From Spirochaetia bacterium (GTDB lineage Bacteria; Spirochaetota; Spirochaetia; UBA9216): a stretch of DNA of 64,000 bases. Location: contig OZ223269.1 of the NCBI GenBank assembly GCA_965140585.1, positions 896,001 to 960,000 of the forward strand, in the 5' to 3' direction. The notes beneath the pieces are model-generated. The model made no database searches. It was not told the origin of the DNA and was given only the letters and a program-made list of their open reading frames with translations. A program made the translations under genes and the position numbers. Position 1 is the stretch's first letter, and every line of letters starts with the position of its first letter. This document shows positions 62,901 through 64,000 of this stretch, one piece after another.

Positions 62901-63073
62901 ACACGCCTCCGGCGGGCAAGAATTTCTTATCGTACATTGACTTCCTGCTTTTGTGGGTTATTTGGGATATAAAAGAAAAACTCCGTTTAGTCACGTAATA
63001 AAAGTGAAAAGATATACGTGAAAAAAGTTGATTTATACGTATATAAGTGGTAAATTATTACGTGGAGGGTAGT

Positions 63074-63316
63074 ATGAATAAAAAGCTTACACTCAATGTA
63101 GACGAATCGCTAATAGATTTTGCTAAAACATATTCAAAAGAAAGTAATCAATCAATATCCAACATCTTTGAGAAATATCTAATCAGATTAAAGACTGAAA
63201 CAAAATCGGTAGAAATTTCTGAAGATGCAAGAGAATTATACGGAATAATAAGTAAAGATGAACTTCCAGATAAAAAGGAAATGAGAAAGAGATTTTATGA
63301 AAAAAGTATTGATTGA
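63074..63316 (+). CDS. Cassette 27: DUF6364-like RHH antitoxin
   Basis: KKLTLNVD..LI..AK.Y......SIS.IFE.YL; GGAGG RBS; TACGTA/TACGTG repeats upstream. Confidence 0.78.
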   Translation: MNKKLTLNVDESLIDFAKTYSKESNQSISNIFEKYLIRLKTETKSVEISEDARELYGIISKDELPDKKEMRKRFYEKSID

Positions 63317-63707
63317 TTTAAATATAATAATAGATTTTCTCAATAAAAGAGATGATCATGAAGCAGCTCTTGCAGTATATGATAAATGTGTAAAGAAAGA
63401 GATAAAAGGCTTTGTAAGCTCACATGAAATAACGACTTTATCATATTTCCTGGAAAGAGAAAAATATGAAAGAATAAAGAGAAATAAGATAATTTCAAAT
63501 TTACTAGATAACTTAAGCGTCCTGACGGCCCATGAAGAAATATTAAGAAAATCTATGATATCAGAATTAGAAGATTATGAAGACGCAGTAATTGATGAAT
63601 TAGCTTTGAATGAAGGAATTGATTTTATAGTAACAAGAAATTTGAAAGATTTTAAGAAATCAAGAAACAAGATATATACAGCAAGAGAAATTTTGGATGT
63701 GATTTAA
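63297..63707 (+). CDS. Cassette 27: PIN-domain toxin
   Basis: LIDLNIIIDFL, DYEDAV, IVTRNLKDF. Confidence 0.86.
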   Translation: MKKVLIDLNIIIDFLNKRDDHEAALAVYDKCVKKEIKGFVSSHEITTLSYFLEREKYERIKRNKIISNLLDNLSVLTAHEEILRKSMISELEDYEDAVIDELALNEGIDFIVTRNLKDFKKSRNKIYTAREILDVI

Positions 63708-63722
63708 GAAAAGGAAAGAGAA

Positions 63723-63893
63723 GTGGGGAAAATAAATAAAGAGTGGCATGAGAAGAATAAGATGCCAGAAAAAGCTACAGAAGAACAAAGAATAGAATGG
63801 CATCTTGAACATGTGAAATACTGTGCTTGTAGACCGATTCCCAAAGGTGTAATAGAAATAATGAAAAAGAAAAATATCACAATCCCAGATTGA
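63723..63893 (+). CDS. Cassette 27: 56-aa His/Cys-rich small protein (below track cutoff)
   Basis: GTG start: MGKINKEWHEKNKMPEKATEEQRIEWHLEHVKYCACRPIPKGVIEIMKKKNITIPD. Confidence 0.6.
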   Translation: MGKINKEWHEKNKMPEKATEEQRIEWHLEHVKYCACRPIPKGVIEIMKKKNITIPD

Positions 63894-63937
63894 TTGTTTA
63901 AAATAATTAAAGAGAAATGAATTTAAGAATTATAAAT

Positions 63938-64000
63938 GCATAACAAGAGATTTGGAGTAGTCAAAATTTATTGTCACGATTCTGGCTAAAGACGTTCGGG
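63938..64000 (+). repeat. attC 27 (partial, cut by window end)
   Basis: GCATAACAAGAGATTTGGAGTAGTC... Confidence 0.9.

Larger units (their letters stand above)
20643..64000. mobile_element. Chromosomal integron: intI, attI and at least 27 gene cassettes (continues past window end)
   Basis: intI plus 27 related attC sites, each following co-oriented AT-rich ORFs; abrupt drop in GC after atpD. Confidence 0.96.

Noticed and set aside
24776-62994. Family of short similar ORFs (24776, 27113, 28564, 31241, 34262, 35165, 35174, 46447, 47856, 53350, 54509, 61395, 61623, 62745, 62791)
   Set aside because: All overlap attC sites. Their similarity reflects the repeat, and they lack RBSs.
23945-64000. 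Recurrent ~135-bp repeats as a CRISPR array or REP/MITE family
   Set aside because: Repeats are long, separated by whole genes, carry AAC/GTT cores with paired L boxes and sit next to intI, so they are attC sites. No cas genes are present.
1-64000. tRNA, rRNA or riboswitch genes
   Set aside because: None recognised. The purine operon leader lies outside the window.

Overview
The window has two parts. (1) 1-20.6 kb is housekeeping backbone of moderate GC: a purB-guaB-purA-guaA purine operon, mntP, HAD, LOG, hslO, a DUF134/MinD-4Fe-4S/NifX-like operon, an iron alcohol dehydrogenase and a complete V/A-type ATPase operon. The host may be a spirochaete-like anaerobe, but that is only an inference. 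(2) 20.6 kb to the end is a large, very AT-rich chromosomal integron. It has an intact intI (20643-21902, minus strand), an attI crossover at 22124/22125 and 27 gene cassettes bounded by 26 complete plus 1 partial attC sites; the array runs past the window end. Cassette boundaries were checked by eye: in 26 of 27 cassettes the 5' GTTnnnn core is the reverse complement of the 3' nnnnAAC core. Cargo is mostly predicted anti-phage genes (GmrSD, Shedu x2, SIR2, HEPN, a UG/Abi/DRT-like reverse transcriptase, a class III cyclase-like protein, AAA+RloB, nuclease+SLATT-like, DUF3644, DUF4238), six toxin-antitoxin modules and secreted hypotheticals. The most unusual signals are: an RT-only cassette and a TA cassette, each bracketed by hairpin pairs with different stems but the same C-RTCCWT-G loop; a 283-bp inverted-repeat element nested in a duplicated cassette; a 6-kb mosaic cassette hiding IS1182 and DUF3024 remnants; and one hybrid cassette with mismatched cores. 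All family calls come from motif recognition, not database searches.
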